Assembly (NCBI GenBank): GCA_964620475.1
Contig: CAZUJN010000001.1
Location: 83,497-147,496 of the forward strand
DNA from: an uncultured Candidatus Saccharibacteria bacterium
GTDB taxonomy: Bacteria; Patescibacteriota; Minisyncoccia; Phycocordibacterales; CAIZLB01
Direction: 5' to 3'
DNA: 64,000 nt
Shown: positions 39,683 to 48,446 of the stretch, one piece after another
Position numbering within the stretch: the first letter of the stretch is position 1
Layout of the letters: the number at the start of each line of letters is the position of its first letter
Notes under the pieces: model-generated
Told to the model about the DNA's origin: nothing
The model's database searches: none
The model's input: the letters and a program-made list of their open reading frames with translations, nothing else
Made by a program: the position numbers and the translations under genes

Positions 39683-40235
39683 ACTTTCTATTTATAAAAA
39701 CACTCATTAGAGAGTTTAATAATATCATTACTATTGAATGTAATGATGTAGCTATATTATGAGTTTGCAATGTTAATAAAGTTAATATATGCCTAGTCAC
39801 ATTCATTTCATATAATATAGATTTTTCACTTTTTGGATCTTTATATGTTTTGATCAGTGTTGGTATAAAGGCAATAAAATCTATACTTACAACAGTGATG
39901 ACTGATATAGTTGGATCTTTTGTTAATATCCAAGGTATTAAACCCAATAATGCCAAGGCTAAAAAATAATGATCGATTTTTCTAACATGATTAAAGCCAT
40001 ATTGTAATGAGAATAAGAATATTATTATTGTAAATATCTCTGCTGTGGCGGTTGGTATAACACCAATACCACCACCTTTTACCAAAGCCCCAAAGAATGT
40101 AACCGCTGAAACTATACTCCATATAAACCAGGTATAAGGATGAGGCTTGATTTTCTTTTTGATTATATCTATGAGATAGGGGATATTACCTATTATCGCC
40201 ATTATTACAGCTACAATTACCAAAGATTCTTTCAT
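39654..40235 (-). CDS. Multi-pass membrane protein
   Basis: Start moved to ATG 40235 (MKESLVIV); PHPYTWFIW, PTLIKTYKDP. Confidence 0.7.
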   Translation of the reverse strand: MKESLVIVAVIMAIIGNIPYLIDIIKKKIKPHPYTWFIWSIVSAVTFFGALVKGGGIGVIPTATAEIFTIIIFLFSLQYGFNHVRKIDHYFLALALLGLIPWILTKDPTISVITVVSIDFIAFIPTLIKTYKDPKSEKSILYEMNVTRHILTLLTLQTHNIATSLHSIVMILLNSLMSVFINRKSTPSLPNTQ

Positions 40236-40272
40236 GATTATAATCTTATCATAAAAAACACCCCAGCCGCTT

Positions 40273-40512
40273 TCACGGCTGGGTGGAGATTGCTTCTTCA
40301 AGTAGTCGGTCGAATCCATCGTTAACGACAACGATAACCTGAATGTATTGCACTTGTATGAACGTGCCATCAGGTGTAAATGAAGCCTTTGTGCTAGCGG
40401 TGTTTAACTGATCCCGCGCGAGTTGTTCTAACTGTTGTCTCTCCGCTTCGGTCTCTGGTATCAACACCATAAGGCAGAGTCCGTTTTGGGATTGTGGTGT
40501 TTCGATTCTCAT
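40273..40512 (-). CDS. Small orphan protein
   Basis: GC-richer ORF with TTTACA-17-TATTTT promoter and 3' hairpin. Confidence 0.5.
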   Translation of the reverse strand: MRIETPQSQNGLCLMVLIPETEAERQQLEQLARDQLNTASTKASFTPDGTFIQVQYIQVIVVVNDGFDRLLEEAISTQP

Positions 40513-40586
40513 GTAGGTGAGGGTTTAACTTCTTGAAAATACCATAAAGGTATGGTTTTGTAAACTACTATGATAAAATATTATTC

Positions 40587-41423
40587 ATGATAAAAAAGAC
40601 ACTTTTATTTATATTAAAAATATTAGTAATACTTATAATATTACTTCTAATTTTTATATTTTCTATATATTCATTTATAAAACCTTCAAATAATAGAGAT
40701 TGGAATAATGATCAAAAAGTTTTATCAACAGCAACAGTGAAAGGTGATATTGTTTCCATAAAAAACATCAGAGATTTTAGATATGCATCTACAACATCTT
40801 ACACGGAACATTATTATGATAAAGATTATGATTTAAATAAATTAAAAAGAGTTTGGTATATAGTGGAACCTTTTTCTGGTATCGCTGGATCCGCTCATAC
40901 TTTTTTGAGTTTTGAATTTGAAGATAATGTGTTTTTATCTGTGTCTGTTGAGATAAGAAAAGAGAAAGGTGAATCTTTTCATCCTATAAAAGGATTATTT
41001 AATAAATATGAACTCATGTATGTTTTAGCTGATGAAAAAGATGTTGTTGATCTTCGTATTAATCATAGAAAAGATCAAGTGTTTATTTATCCAATAAAGA
41101 TTTCAAAAGAGAAAAATAAAGAATTGTTTATGAGTATAATTGATAGAGTAAATAAACTATATAATAAACCAGAATTTTACAATACAATTACAAATACATG
41201 TACTACAAATATAGTTAAACATGTAAATGACATAAGTCCTCATAAAATACCTTGGTATGATAAGAGAATAATGTTTCCTGCAGATTCGGATGAATTAGCT
41301 TATAGTTTAGGGCTTATAGATACGGATTTACCTTATGATAAAATAAGGGAAAAATTCAATGTTAATAAGAAGGGTGAGATGTATAAGGGTGATGATGATT
41401 TTTCGGTGAAGATAAGGGAGTAA
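40587..41423 (+). CDS. DUF4105 (Lnb-like) protein
   Basis: N-terminal TM, AHTFLSF, SVEIRKE, FYNTITNTCTT. Confidence 0.85.
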   Translation: MIKKTLLFILKILVILIILLLIFIFSIYSFIKPSNNRDWNNDQKVLSTATVKGDIVSIKNIRDFRYASTTSYTEHYYDKDYDLNKLKRVWYIVEPFSGIAGSAHTFLSFEFEDNVFLSVSVEIRKEKGESFHPIKGLFNKYELMYVLADEKDVVDLRINHRKDQVFIYPIKISKEKNKELFMSIIDRVNKLYNKPEFYNTITNTCTTNIVKHVNDISPHKIPWYDKRIMFPADSDELAYSLGLIDTDLPYDKIREKFNVNKKGEMYKGDDDFSVKIRE

Positions 41424-41465
41424 AACAAAAAACCTATCAACGGCTGATAGTTTTTTTGTCTATTA

Positions 41466-42020
41466 TTATCTGAATGTGTGTCTAAACCAATTCAACATCT
41501 TATGGAACATACCGTTCGCATTTGGATTCGTTGAAGATGCATTCATCATTCTTCTATCAACATCTCTGTTTCTTAGGTTTGGATCTATTATCGTTACACT
41601 CTTAGCACTTATAGACTTAGTTGTAGTTGATAATTCTCCTGCAACCATAACATGTTGACCTGTTGTTAATGATGAGAAGGGTACAGTAGATGTACCATTT
41701 CTATATGTTGTACTCGCATCTGTATTTACAGTATATGTAGTAGTAGCATTGTTTCTACCGATATTATCTATTGTAAATGTACTTGATGAAATACTTGATA
41801 CAACACCACCTATACCCATCATGTTTTGCATCATTGGTCTTGTAGAAGTTGAATGATTTCTCGGTTGCATCATTCTAGTTGATGTACCGTTTCTATAATC
41901 ATCATCTCTTCTTGGTCCTTGCATCATAGCACCTCGGTTATCAGCACTTGATATTGTTGGTATTACCGCAACAATAAAAGTTGATATTAATAAACCAGAT
42001 ATAATCTTATTATTTTTCAT
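41466..42020 (-). CDS. Secreted protein with DUF5666-like OB repeat
   Basis: Signal peptide; GVVSSISSSTFTI...YTVNTDAST...GQHVMVAG. Confidence 0.65.
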   Translation of the reverse strand: MKNNKIISGLLISTFIVAVIPTISSADNRGAMMQGPRRDDDYRNGTSTRMMQPRNHSTSTRPMMQNMMGIGGVVSSISSSTFTIDNIGRNNATTTYTVNTDASTTYRNGTSTVPFSSLTTGQHVMVAGELSTTTKSISAKSVTIIDPNLRNRDVDRRMMNASSTNPNANGMFHKMLNWFRHTFR

Positions 42021-42107
42021 GTTAAGTTTTTTATTATTATTTTGCACTTAACTATATATACGTAGAGTTGGGGAGTTTTATTACAGATAAGGTGATAGAA
42101 TATAAAT

Positions 42108-42806
42108 ATGTCACAAGAATCTTTTAATGCAACAGAAAATAAAATAGAAATCAGTGAGTCTACCTATGACTCTGAAAATGAATCGATTAAACCTGTTGAT
42201 AATGTTAAAAAACAAGAAGAAATAGTCAGAAGGGAACAAAACAGATTAAATCAACTTAATGAAGTCAGGGAAAAACTTGGTCTTTTAAATAAAGATTCTA
42301 TACAACCTACTGGTATCAGAAAAATTATCTCAGATAAGGTTAACGCGGGGGAAGAATTATCAATGTTGGAGAGAATAAAATCAGGAAGAGATAGAGTGTA
42401 CACGGGTAATGACATTGAAGGAATGAATATAAAACCAGATCATGCATATCGTGCAGTAGATTTAAATACATTGAAAAAGTATATATATCATGGAAATGTT
42501 GAAGGTGAACATGAAAAGCCTGATGTATGGAAAGAAGGTGATAATCGTGGTGTTGATTGGTACCTCGGTGGTGTCGCCCCAAAGTACGGTGAATATATTA
42601 TTGAAGCACCTGCTAATCCTGATAAATTCACAATCGCTGATTTACATGATAATAGTATTCTGTCATCAGATCTATCTGTAAGACATATAAAATCAGAGGG
42701 TGGTACAAATAACTCTGTTGATTTATCTGATACCAATTTATATAAATTAAATAAAACTGAAGAAGGTAAGTTGAGAGCAGAATCGGTAGATGTTAATAAT
42801 ATATAA
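42108..42806 (+). CDS. Hypothetical protein
   Basis: 232-aa ORF; TGaTAGAAT 6 nt before ATG. Confidence 0.7.
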   Translation: MSQESFNATENKIEISESTYDSENESIKPVDNVKKQEEIVRREQNRLNQLNEVREKLGLLNKDSIQPTGIRKIISDKVNAGEELSMLERIKSGRDRVYTGNDIEGMNIKPDHAYRAVDLNTLKKYIYHGNVEGEHEKPDVWKEGDNRGVDWYLGGVAPKYGEYIIEAPANPDKFTIADLHDNSILSSDLSVRHIKSEGGTNNSVDLSDTNLYKLNKTEEGKLRAESVDVNNI

Positions 42807-42808
42807 TT

Positions 42809-43309
42809 ATGTATAAAATTCATTTTCCTGATATAAGAGATTTTGAAGAGATGACTGCTATAGGTGAGCAGATCTTTAAAACTGAGGGTGATGACACACA
42901 GTCTAAGGCTTCTGTAGAAAATTGTTTGAGTATTTCTAAGATAGATAAATACTGCTATCTATCTGTAAAAGATGGTGACATAAATATAGCGTGGACTATA
43001 GTTTTACCTACATCTAAGGAAAATATGGATAAATTTCTAAATAAGGAAATAACAGAAGCCGAGTTGTCTGAATATTCAAAAGTCAATCCGTGTTCTGAGT
43101 GTTTGTATTTTATGGTTGCGGTAACGGTGCCAGAATATAGAGGTAGGGGATTAGCAACTTTTTTATTTGAAGAGCAGATTAAATATTTTATTGGTAAATA
43201 TAAAATAAATAATTTTTTTGGATGGATATTTAGCGAAGAAGGTAAAGCTTTGGCTCAAAAATTAAAACAAAAAGTTTCTGGAGTTAACGTTTTTATTTTG
43301 GATAGGTGA
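42809..43309 (+). CDS. GNAT-like acetyltransferase
   Basis: VTVPEYRGRGLAT acetyl-CoA motif. Confidence 0.7.
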   Translation: MYKIHFPDIRDFEEMTAIGEQIFKTEGDDTQSKASVENCLSISKIDKYCYLSVKDGDINIAWTIVLPTSKENMDKFLNKEITEAELSEYSKVNPCSECLYFMVAVTVPEYRGRGLATFLFEEQIKYFIGKYKINNFFGWIFSEEGKALAQKLKQKVSGVNVFILDR

Positions 43310-43726
43310 TTACATCGCCATTAATATAGCTCCAACAACTATTGCAAGAGCACCTATACTCTTTAATATTGTTAATGATTCGCTTAAGAATAATACTGAT
43401 AATACAAATACGAACACTATACTTGTTCTATCTATAGCCGCTACGGCAGTTACAGGACCAAGTTTTATAGCTAGAAAATAAAATAACCAGGATAATGCCC
43501 CAGATATACCTGAGAGTATTATGAATAATATTGCTTTATTATCTATAGTATTTAGAAAATTAAATTTACCTAATGAGAATGCTGTGATTATTAAAAATAC
43601 AGCCATGACAACAGAGCGTATTGTTGTCGCTAAAGTTGAGTCAATATTTTTTAAACCCATTTTACCGAAGATCGCAACAAGTGCTGCGAATATTGCGGAG
43701 AATAGGGCATAGATGGTCCAGTTCAT
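43310..43726 (-). CDS. EamA/DMT family transporter (single repeat)
   Basis: Start moved to 43726: ALFSAIFAALVAIFGK, DSTLATTIR, SWLFYFLAI, IDRTS. Confidence 0.88.
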   Translation of the reverse strand: MNWTIYALFSAIFAALVAIFGKMGLKNIDSTLATTIRSVVMAVFLIITAFSLGKFNFLNTIDNKAILFIILSGISGALSWLFYFLAIKLGPVTAVAAIDRTSIVFVFVLSVLFLSESLTILKSIGALAIVVGAILMAM

Positions 43727-43752
43727 GAGGTTTATTATACACCTGAAGTTTG

Positions 43753-43795
43753 GAAAATAAAAAACCGCTGGGACCTTTGTGGGTCCCGAGCGGGG
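43753..43795 (-). terminator. GC-rich terminator, copy 1 of a duplicated sequence
   Basis: GAAAATAAAAAACCGCTGGGACC...GGTCCCGAGCGGGG; near-identical to 45015-45056. Confidence 0.75.
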
Positions 43796-43814
43796 AAGTG
43801 GGAAAAGCCGAACA

Positions 43815-44333
43815 TCAATCTTCGTCGAACATCTCCATGAATTCTTTGAGGCGGGATTTGAGATCTTTTCCGACTCGGATTGAAACATTGGCGTCGCCGT
43901 CTTGTCCGTGACCTGGGCCTGGAATGCAAAGGAATTCTTCAAAGCGGATGTATTTGCCATTCTTGGCAGCATCACCGCCGTAGAGGTCGATCAGACCCTG
44001 GCCATCTTCGGCCTCGCACTCACCTGAGAGACCGAAAGCTGTCATCAGATCTTGGGTAGTCATGATAATGAATCCTTCGGTCCAGGTACGAATCAGGCCG
44101 TGGTCCATCTTGTATTTGATCAGCCATTCGCCACCTTCCTTGTCTTGGGGGTGATGGTTTTTGGCAATGGTCATGTTGAGATGTTTGATAGACCCGATGA
44201 CTAATTCTCTGTTTGGAGTGGTGACACTGTTGTATCCACGGATCATCACTTTGTTACCCCCTGGGTGATACCAGATTGGATACCCGGCCAAGGTTCTTCG
44301 AGGGGTGGAGGGTGTGATTTGGTTTGTCGTCAT
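43815..44333 (-). CDS. Orphan protein
   Basis: 172-aa GC-richer ORF with own promoter and terminator. Confidence 0.65.
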   Translation of the reverse strand: MTTNQITPSTPRRTLAGYPIWYHPGGNKVMIRGYNSVTTPNRELVIGSIKHLNMTIAKNHHPQDKEGGEWLIKYKMDHGLIRTWTEGFIIMTTQDLMTAFGLSGECEAEDGQGLIDLYGGDAAKNGKYIRFEEFLCIPGPGHGQDGDANVSIRVGKDLKSRLKEFMEMFDED

Positions 44334-44430
44334 TGCAATGTTTGTTGAGGTTTCTGACTTTTACAGGTTACAATAAAATGTTGTTTGTGTAAACCATATA
44401 GAATGTGTGTTAAATGTGACACATCTATTT

Positions 44431-44988
44431 TTATTTGATTTGAAAATTAAATTGCCCAGCTATATCTTTTACAAATTCTTCAACTGATACTCCTTTTTTA
44501 TTGGCACTATGCTCAGCTTGCTCTTTATTGTTTACTGAAATTATTTTATCCATTATTGATTTTATCCCTATATCACCAATAACTTTATTATTTGTAACAT
44601 CATAAACTATAGATTGAACATTTAAAGGGGTGCCTGATAGGAAATTTTCTATAGTTGGTTCAAGACCTCGTCTGAGTATAGAGTGTATGCTTTTTAATGG
44701 TATATAATCTATTTCATATTTTGGTCCTATAAGTTTAGGGTTTCCATAACTGTTAACATCCATACTCCATCCGTCAGGTAGAGATATAGGTTGTTCCTCT
44801 TCAACTATAAAATCAAGATCGACATCTTTTGATACAGGTGTTCCATACATCTCTTGTATTATAGAGCGACAAACAAAACCACCTATTAGATATATATTTC
44901 CTTTAGAATTTGATTTTACTATTTCTATAGATTCTTTAAATTCAGGGAAGGTGTTTGCAATTTTTAAAAATGATTCGGTGGGGGACAT
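44431..44988 (-). CDS. Stand-alone nucleotidyltransferase (polyA polymerase/CCA head-like)
   Basis: IYLIGGFVCR...DVDLDFIV; PLNVQSIVYD resembles DFTINAMAYD. Confidence 0.65.
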   Translation of the reverse strand: MSPTESFLKIANTFPEFKESIEIVKSNSKGNIYLIGGFVCRSIIQEMYGTPVSKDVDLDFIVEEEQPISLPDGWSMDVNSYGNPKLIGPKYEIDYIPLKSIHSILRRGLEPTIENFLSGTPLNVQSIVYDVTNNKVIGDIGIKSIMDKIISVNNKEQAEHSANKKGVSVEEFVKDIAGQFNFQIK

Positions 44989-45014
44989 GGGATTATTGTA
45001 GCATTGTGTTTAGA

Positions 45015-45056
45015 GAAAATAAAAAACCGCCGGGACCTTGTGTGTCCCGAGCGGGG
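45015..45056 (-). terminator. GC-rich terminator, copy 2
   Basis: GAAAATAAAAAACCGCCGGGAC...GTCCCGAGCGGGG. Confidence 0.75.
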
Positions 45057-45078
45057 GGGGCGATTGGGGATGTTAATC

Positions 45079-45603
45079 TCATGCAGCATTGGTATCGATT
45101 TTTAATGCGGTTGCCAGCCGTATGAATCTAGCCCAGGCTGTGTTCAATGTGCTAGTCCCGTAGTCGATCAATACTAGCTTACCGTCGATTTTACGCCAAT
45201 TTGATGCGGCTGGGTCATGAGAACCAGAATCACTGAGTAGCTCTTTGAGTTCAGATGGAAGTTTGTCATAAAATTTTTGTATTTCTTCTTGTGTGACATT
45301 TTCTTCCCCTCTGTATCTCTGAAAGTTGATTATACCAATTGTAAATACCGGTTCGATAAACTGTTTGAATGACATGACTTTTGTTACATACCAAGATAGC
45401 ATGCATTCTGATATATTGGATGCCATACCATAAAGTATTGATTCATAAAAGTTTGCAGGGATTGATCGTAAGAATTTCCAAAAACCTCGTCTGAATTCAA
45501 ATGATCTTTTATATTTATCAATACGAAAAGACGGAAACTTGATGACCAATAAGTTGAATAAGATGAGAGCTGTTCTAGAATTACCAAATCTGATTTTGAG
45601 CAT
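45079..45603 (-). CDS. Orphan, possible minimal protein-kinase-like fold
   Basis: GNSR...VIKFP, HDPAASNW, LVLIDYG. Confidence 0.55.
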   Translation of the reverse strand: MLKIRFGNSRTALILFNLLVIKFPSFRIDKYKRSFEFRRGFWKFLRSIPANFYESILYGMASNISECMLSWYVTKVMSFKQFIEPVFTIGIINFQRYRGEENVTQEEIQKFYDKLPSELKELLSDSGSHDPAASNWRKIDGKLVLIDYGTSTLNTAWARFIRLATALKIDTNAA

Positions 45604-45662
45604 GGTTTTGTTATGTTAGGTTTAACTCAAATACAATACATAAAATATCTAGGTGTGTAAAT

Positions 45663-45754
45663 AGGTGAGATTTGACCATTACATGGTCAGTACACCTTTG
45701 CTATTTTTTCAAATTCTGCGAATTTTCGAAAATAAGGTAAAGCTTTTCGAATCT
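45663..45754 (+). repeat. Structured repeat copy A (three-way junction)
   Basis: AGATTT-[GACCAT TAC ATGGTC]-AGTACAC-[long hairpin]-CTTTTCGAATCT. Confidence 0.8.
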
Positions 45755-45810
45755 TTAAAAATTCAATAAGTTGAGAGCTCCACAAAGATTGTTTATGATA
45801 TAATCGTTAA

Positions 45811-46317
45811 ATGAATAAGATAATAATTATTGGTTGTCCCGCTTCAGGTAAGTCAACTCTAGGTAATAAACTTGCAAATATTCTAGATATACCTATTTTC
45901 CATTTGGATAAGATATTTTGGATACAACCTGGAGGAATCAAACAAGATATATTTTTTGCTAAACAAAAGGAGATAATTAAGGGTAACGAAAAATGGATTA
46001 TTGATGGTGATTTTGTAAGATCAAAATCGTTTGATTTTCGCGTTGAGAATTCTGATTTGATAGTTATATATGAATTATCAAAGATCTTAATTTATTGGAG
46101 ATTATTTAAAAGATTTGTGAAGGATTATGGAAAAACTCGTTCAGATATGCCTGAAAATAGAAAGGAGACATTTAAAACGATGTTCGGTGTTATCAAATAT
46201 ATATGGTCTTATAATAACGATTTTGCAGTGGAAAAGATCGATAAGGTTGGTATGAAGGATAAGATTGTTTTAATAAAATCAACTGAAGATGAAATAAATT
46301 TTTTAAGAAGATTTTAA
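45811..46317 (+). CDS. Adenylate-kinase-like P-loop protein (FlaR/topology modulation family)
   Basis: IIGCPASGKST, HLDKIFW, WIIDG, TRSDM. Confidence 0.85.
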   Translation: MNKIIIIGCPASGKSTLGNKLANILDIPIFHLDKIFWIQPGGIKQDIFFAKQKEIIKGNEKWIIDGDFVRSKSFDFRVENSDLIVIYELSKILIYWRLFKRFVKDYGKTRSDMPENRKETFKTMFGVIKYIWSYNNDFAVEKIDKVGMKDKIVLIKSTEDEINFLRRF

Positions 46318-46410
46318 AATTTATTAATTAATATCATCTCATCACAGGTGATGATTTTTAAAGTTTTATCTTTCGAAAGCTACGCTTTCTCTACACTATA
46401 ATATGTCATT

Positions 46411-46431
46411 GCGGAGGAGGTGAGATTCGAA
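46411..46431 (-). repeat. 21-bp direct repeat of tRNA-Ser 3' end (att-like site)
   Basis: GCGGAGGAGGTGAGATTCGAA identical to 61977-61997. Confidence 0.9.
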
Positions 46432-46566
46432 GCTTACAGCTTCAGTACCACAAGGGCATTTCTCAGAAATAAAGGAGAACCTTTTCGAATCTCTCGAGGA
46501 AGTGCATAGTTGCACTTCCTCTCCTTACAAAAACAAAAACACCCTTTCGAATGTTTTGTTTTTTGT
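46411..46566 (+). repeat. Structured repeat copy B
   Basis: AGATTC-[GAAGCT TAC AGCTTC]-AGTACC...CTTTTCGAATCT-[GAGGAAGTGCA/TGCACTTCCTC]-A/T-rich hairpin. Confidence 0.8.
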
Positions 46567-46695
46567 GGAGGATCGTAGAGTCTATTCGAACTTATTATAT
46601 TAAAAACAGCGCATAACTATGTAAAGTTAATACGCTGTGGTTGAAAGTTTTAAGAGAGTTGAATTCTACGGTTACTTCACCGAGTGGGTATACCA

Positions 46696-47115
46696 CTATT
46701 TAAACAAGTCTTCACCGGCTAGAAACTTGGGGGTTGTCGGCTCGGAGGTGTAGAGCTTGACCGAGTTTTTGAAGATGCTTGTACCTAACTCCTCACCTTC
46801 AATGCCGATTATCGAGAATGCCAGGATACTTTGATCGAAACCAAAGTTGGCATAGGCGACATACCGTTTGCCGTTTAACTCGACAGTTAGCTTTTCTCCT
46901 AGTTTAAACTGGCCTGTAACTGTCATCTTTTTCGACCGAAAAAGATTATTTTCTGGGATCTTATGCCACAACGAACCCTCAACCCTTCCTGATATGTAGG
47001 CACCACTTACAGGACAACGGGTTATTCTATAGAAAGGGAAATCTTTCCAGAGGGTGGAAATTCCGTCAAATCCAACGAGTGAAAAGTGGGTGAGTGTAAA
47101 GGTCTTGGTTTTCAT
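46696..47115 (-). CDS. Orphan protein
   Basis: 139-aa GC-richer ORF with AC-rich leader. Confidence 0.6.
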   Translation of the reverse strand: MKTKTFTLTHFSLVGFDGISTLWKDFPFYRITRCPVSGAYISGRVEGSLWHKIPENNLFRSKKMTVTGQFKLGEKLTVELNGKRYVAYANFGFDQSILAFSIIGIEGEELGTSIFKNSVKLYTSEPTTPKFLAGEDLFK

Positions 47116-47318
47116 AATGATTGGTGTTTGTTTTGGTTTAATGTGCTTTTCTGTCAGTCACTTGACCAACTGGGTAAAGTATATCATGATATTATATATT
47201 GATATTTTTATAAAACAAACTATATAAATAAATACTTATAAATAAAGGCTATATTAATTTTATATTAATTTTGTTCGTAAAAATTGACAAAATTAAATCA
47301 AAAATATACACTATCTAC

Positions 47319-48107
47319 ATGAATAACCAAGATCTAAAAACCAAAGTTGAGCGAGCAGGCTTAACTGATAAAGAATCGGCCACATATAGTGCACTTATTG
47401 AGCTGGGCGGAGCTTTTCCTTCCAAAATAGCCGAATATACAAAACTTAATCGAAGTACTGTATATAAGGTATTATTAGATCTTTCTGTAAAAGGGTTGGT
47501 TAGTGAGATAAAGAAGAAAAATAAGTTGTATTATCAGATTGAAAACCCTACTCGACTTGTAAGATATGCAAAAGATAAGGTAAAGATAGCAGAAGAACAG
47601 TTGGAGTACATGTCTAAACTGGTTCCTCAAATAGAAGGATTATATTCATTACTTTCAAATAAGCCAAAGATTTCATATTTTGAAAATATAGACGGCATCC
47701 TTTCTATATATGAGGATCAAATATCGGGAACCAAGAAATATGAAATGTTAGCATTTTCTAATACAACAGAAATAGAGAATGTTTTTCCGAAAGATTTTTT
47801 CACCAGATATAGAAGAGCAAAAGAGAAAATAGGTATTACAACAAGGGGTCTTATTCCTGATACTGAAAGGGATGAATCATTTGTAAATAGAATGTATGAC
47901 GGATATAAAAAAGAGGTTATTCCTCAGGTAAAATATGTTCCAGCAAAAGATTTTCCATTTAAAGGTGAGATTACTATTTATGGAGATAAAAAAGTTTCTA
48001 TTGTAAATCTAAATAAAGAATATTTTACTGGTCTAATTATTGAAGACCAAACAATTCATAACATGATGAGAATGATATTTGAATTGTCTTGGAAAGGGGT
48101 TAAGTAG
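47319..48107 (+). CDS. TrmB-family transcriptional regulator
   Basis: GLTDKESATYSALIELG, LNRSTVY, PKISYFE, ITIYGDKKV; start 47319 follows TTGACA-17-TACACT by 6 nt. Confidence 0.88.
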   Translation: MNNQDLKTKVERAGLTDKESATYSALIELGGAFPSKIAEYTKLNRSTVYKVLLDLSVKGLVSEIKKKNKLYYQIENPTRLVRYAKDKVKIAEEQLEYMSKLVPQIEGLYSLLSNKPKISYFENIDGILSIYEDQISGTKKYEMLAFSNTTEIENVFPKDFFTRYRRAKEKIGITTRGLIPDTERDESFVNRMYDGYKKEVIPQVKYVPAKDFPFKGEITIYGDKKVSIVNLNKEYFTGLIIEDQTIHNMMRMIFELSWKGVK

Positions 48108-48270
48108 GGAAATAGATTCGGTCCTTACAGGATCAGTACACCTTTTCTCGTTTTATCGAATTCTACGAATTCTCAAAACATAGAAAAGCTTTTCGAATCT
48201 CCCACGGAAGCAAAGCGGTTTGCTTCCTCTTCTCCTAATTAAAAACAATCACCTGGCGGTGATTGTTTTT
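48107..48270 (+). repeat. Structured repeat copy C
   Basis: AGATTC-[GGTCCT TAC AGGATC]-AGTACAC-[long hairpin]-CTTTTCGAATCT-[GGAAGCAAA/TTTGCTTCC]-AAAAACAATCACC/GGTGATTGTTTTT. Confidence 0.8.
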
Positions 48271-48446
48271 CCTAGCGGGCCATGTGAGTTAAGTACCCAC
48301 TGGTACAAGCAGTATAAGGCTTTTTGAGGGGTTTTAGAAGCACCTCCCTGAGGTAAGTGAGTTGGGTATCTAAATGCCAACAAATGCCAATTTTAGAGAG
48401 AATCGGGGTTATTAGAAAAAAGGATAAAAAATGGTAAAATGAGGCC

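Noticed and set aside
45663-48270. Hammerhead ribozyme reading of the structured repeat (minus strand shows CTGA and GAAA around stems)
   Set aside because: CUGANGA is not satisfied (CTGAAGC, CTGATCC, CTGACCA), no stem I lies between the putative cleavage triplet and CUGA, and wobble pairs favour the plus strand.
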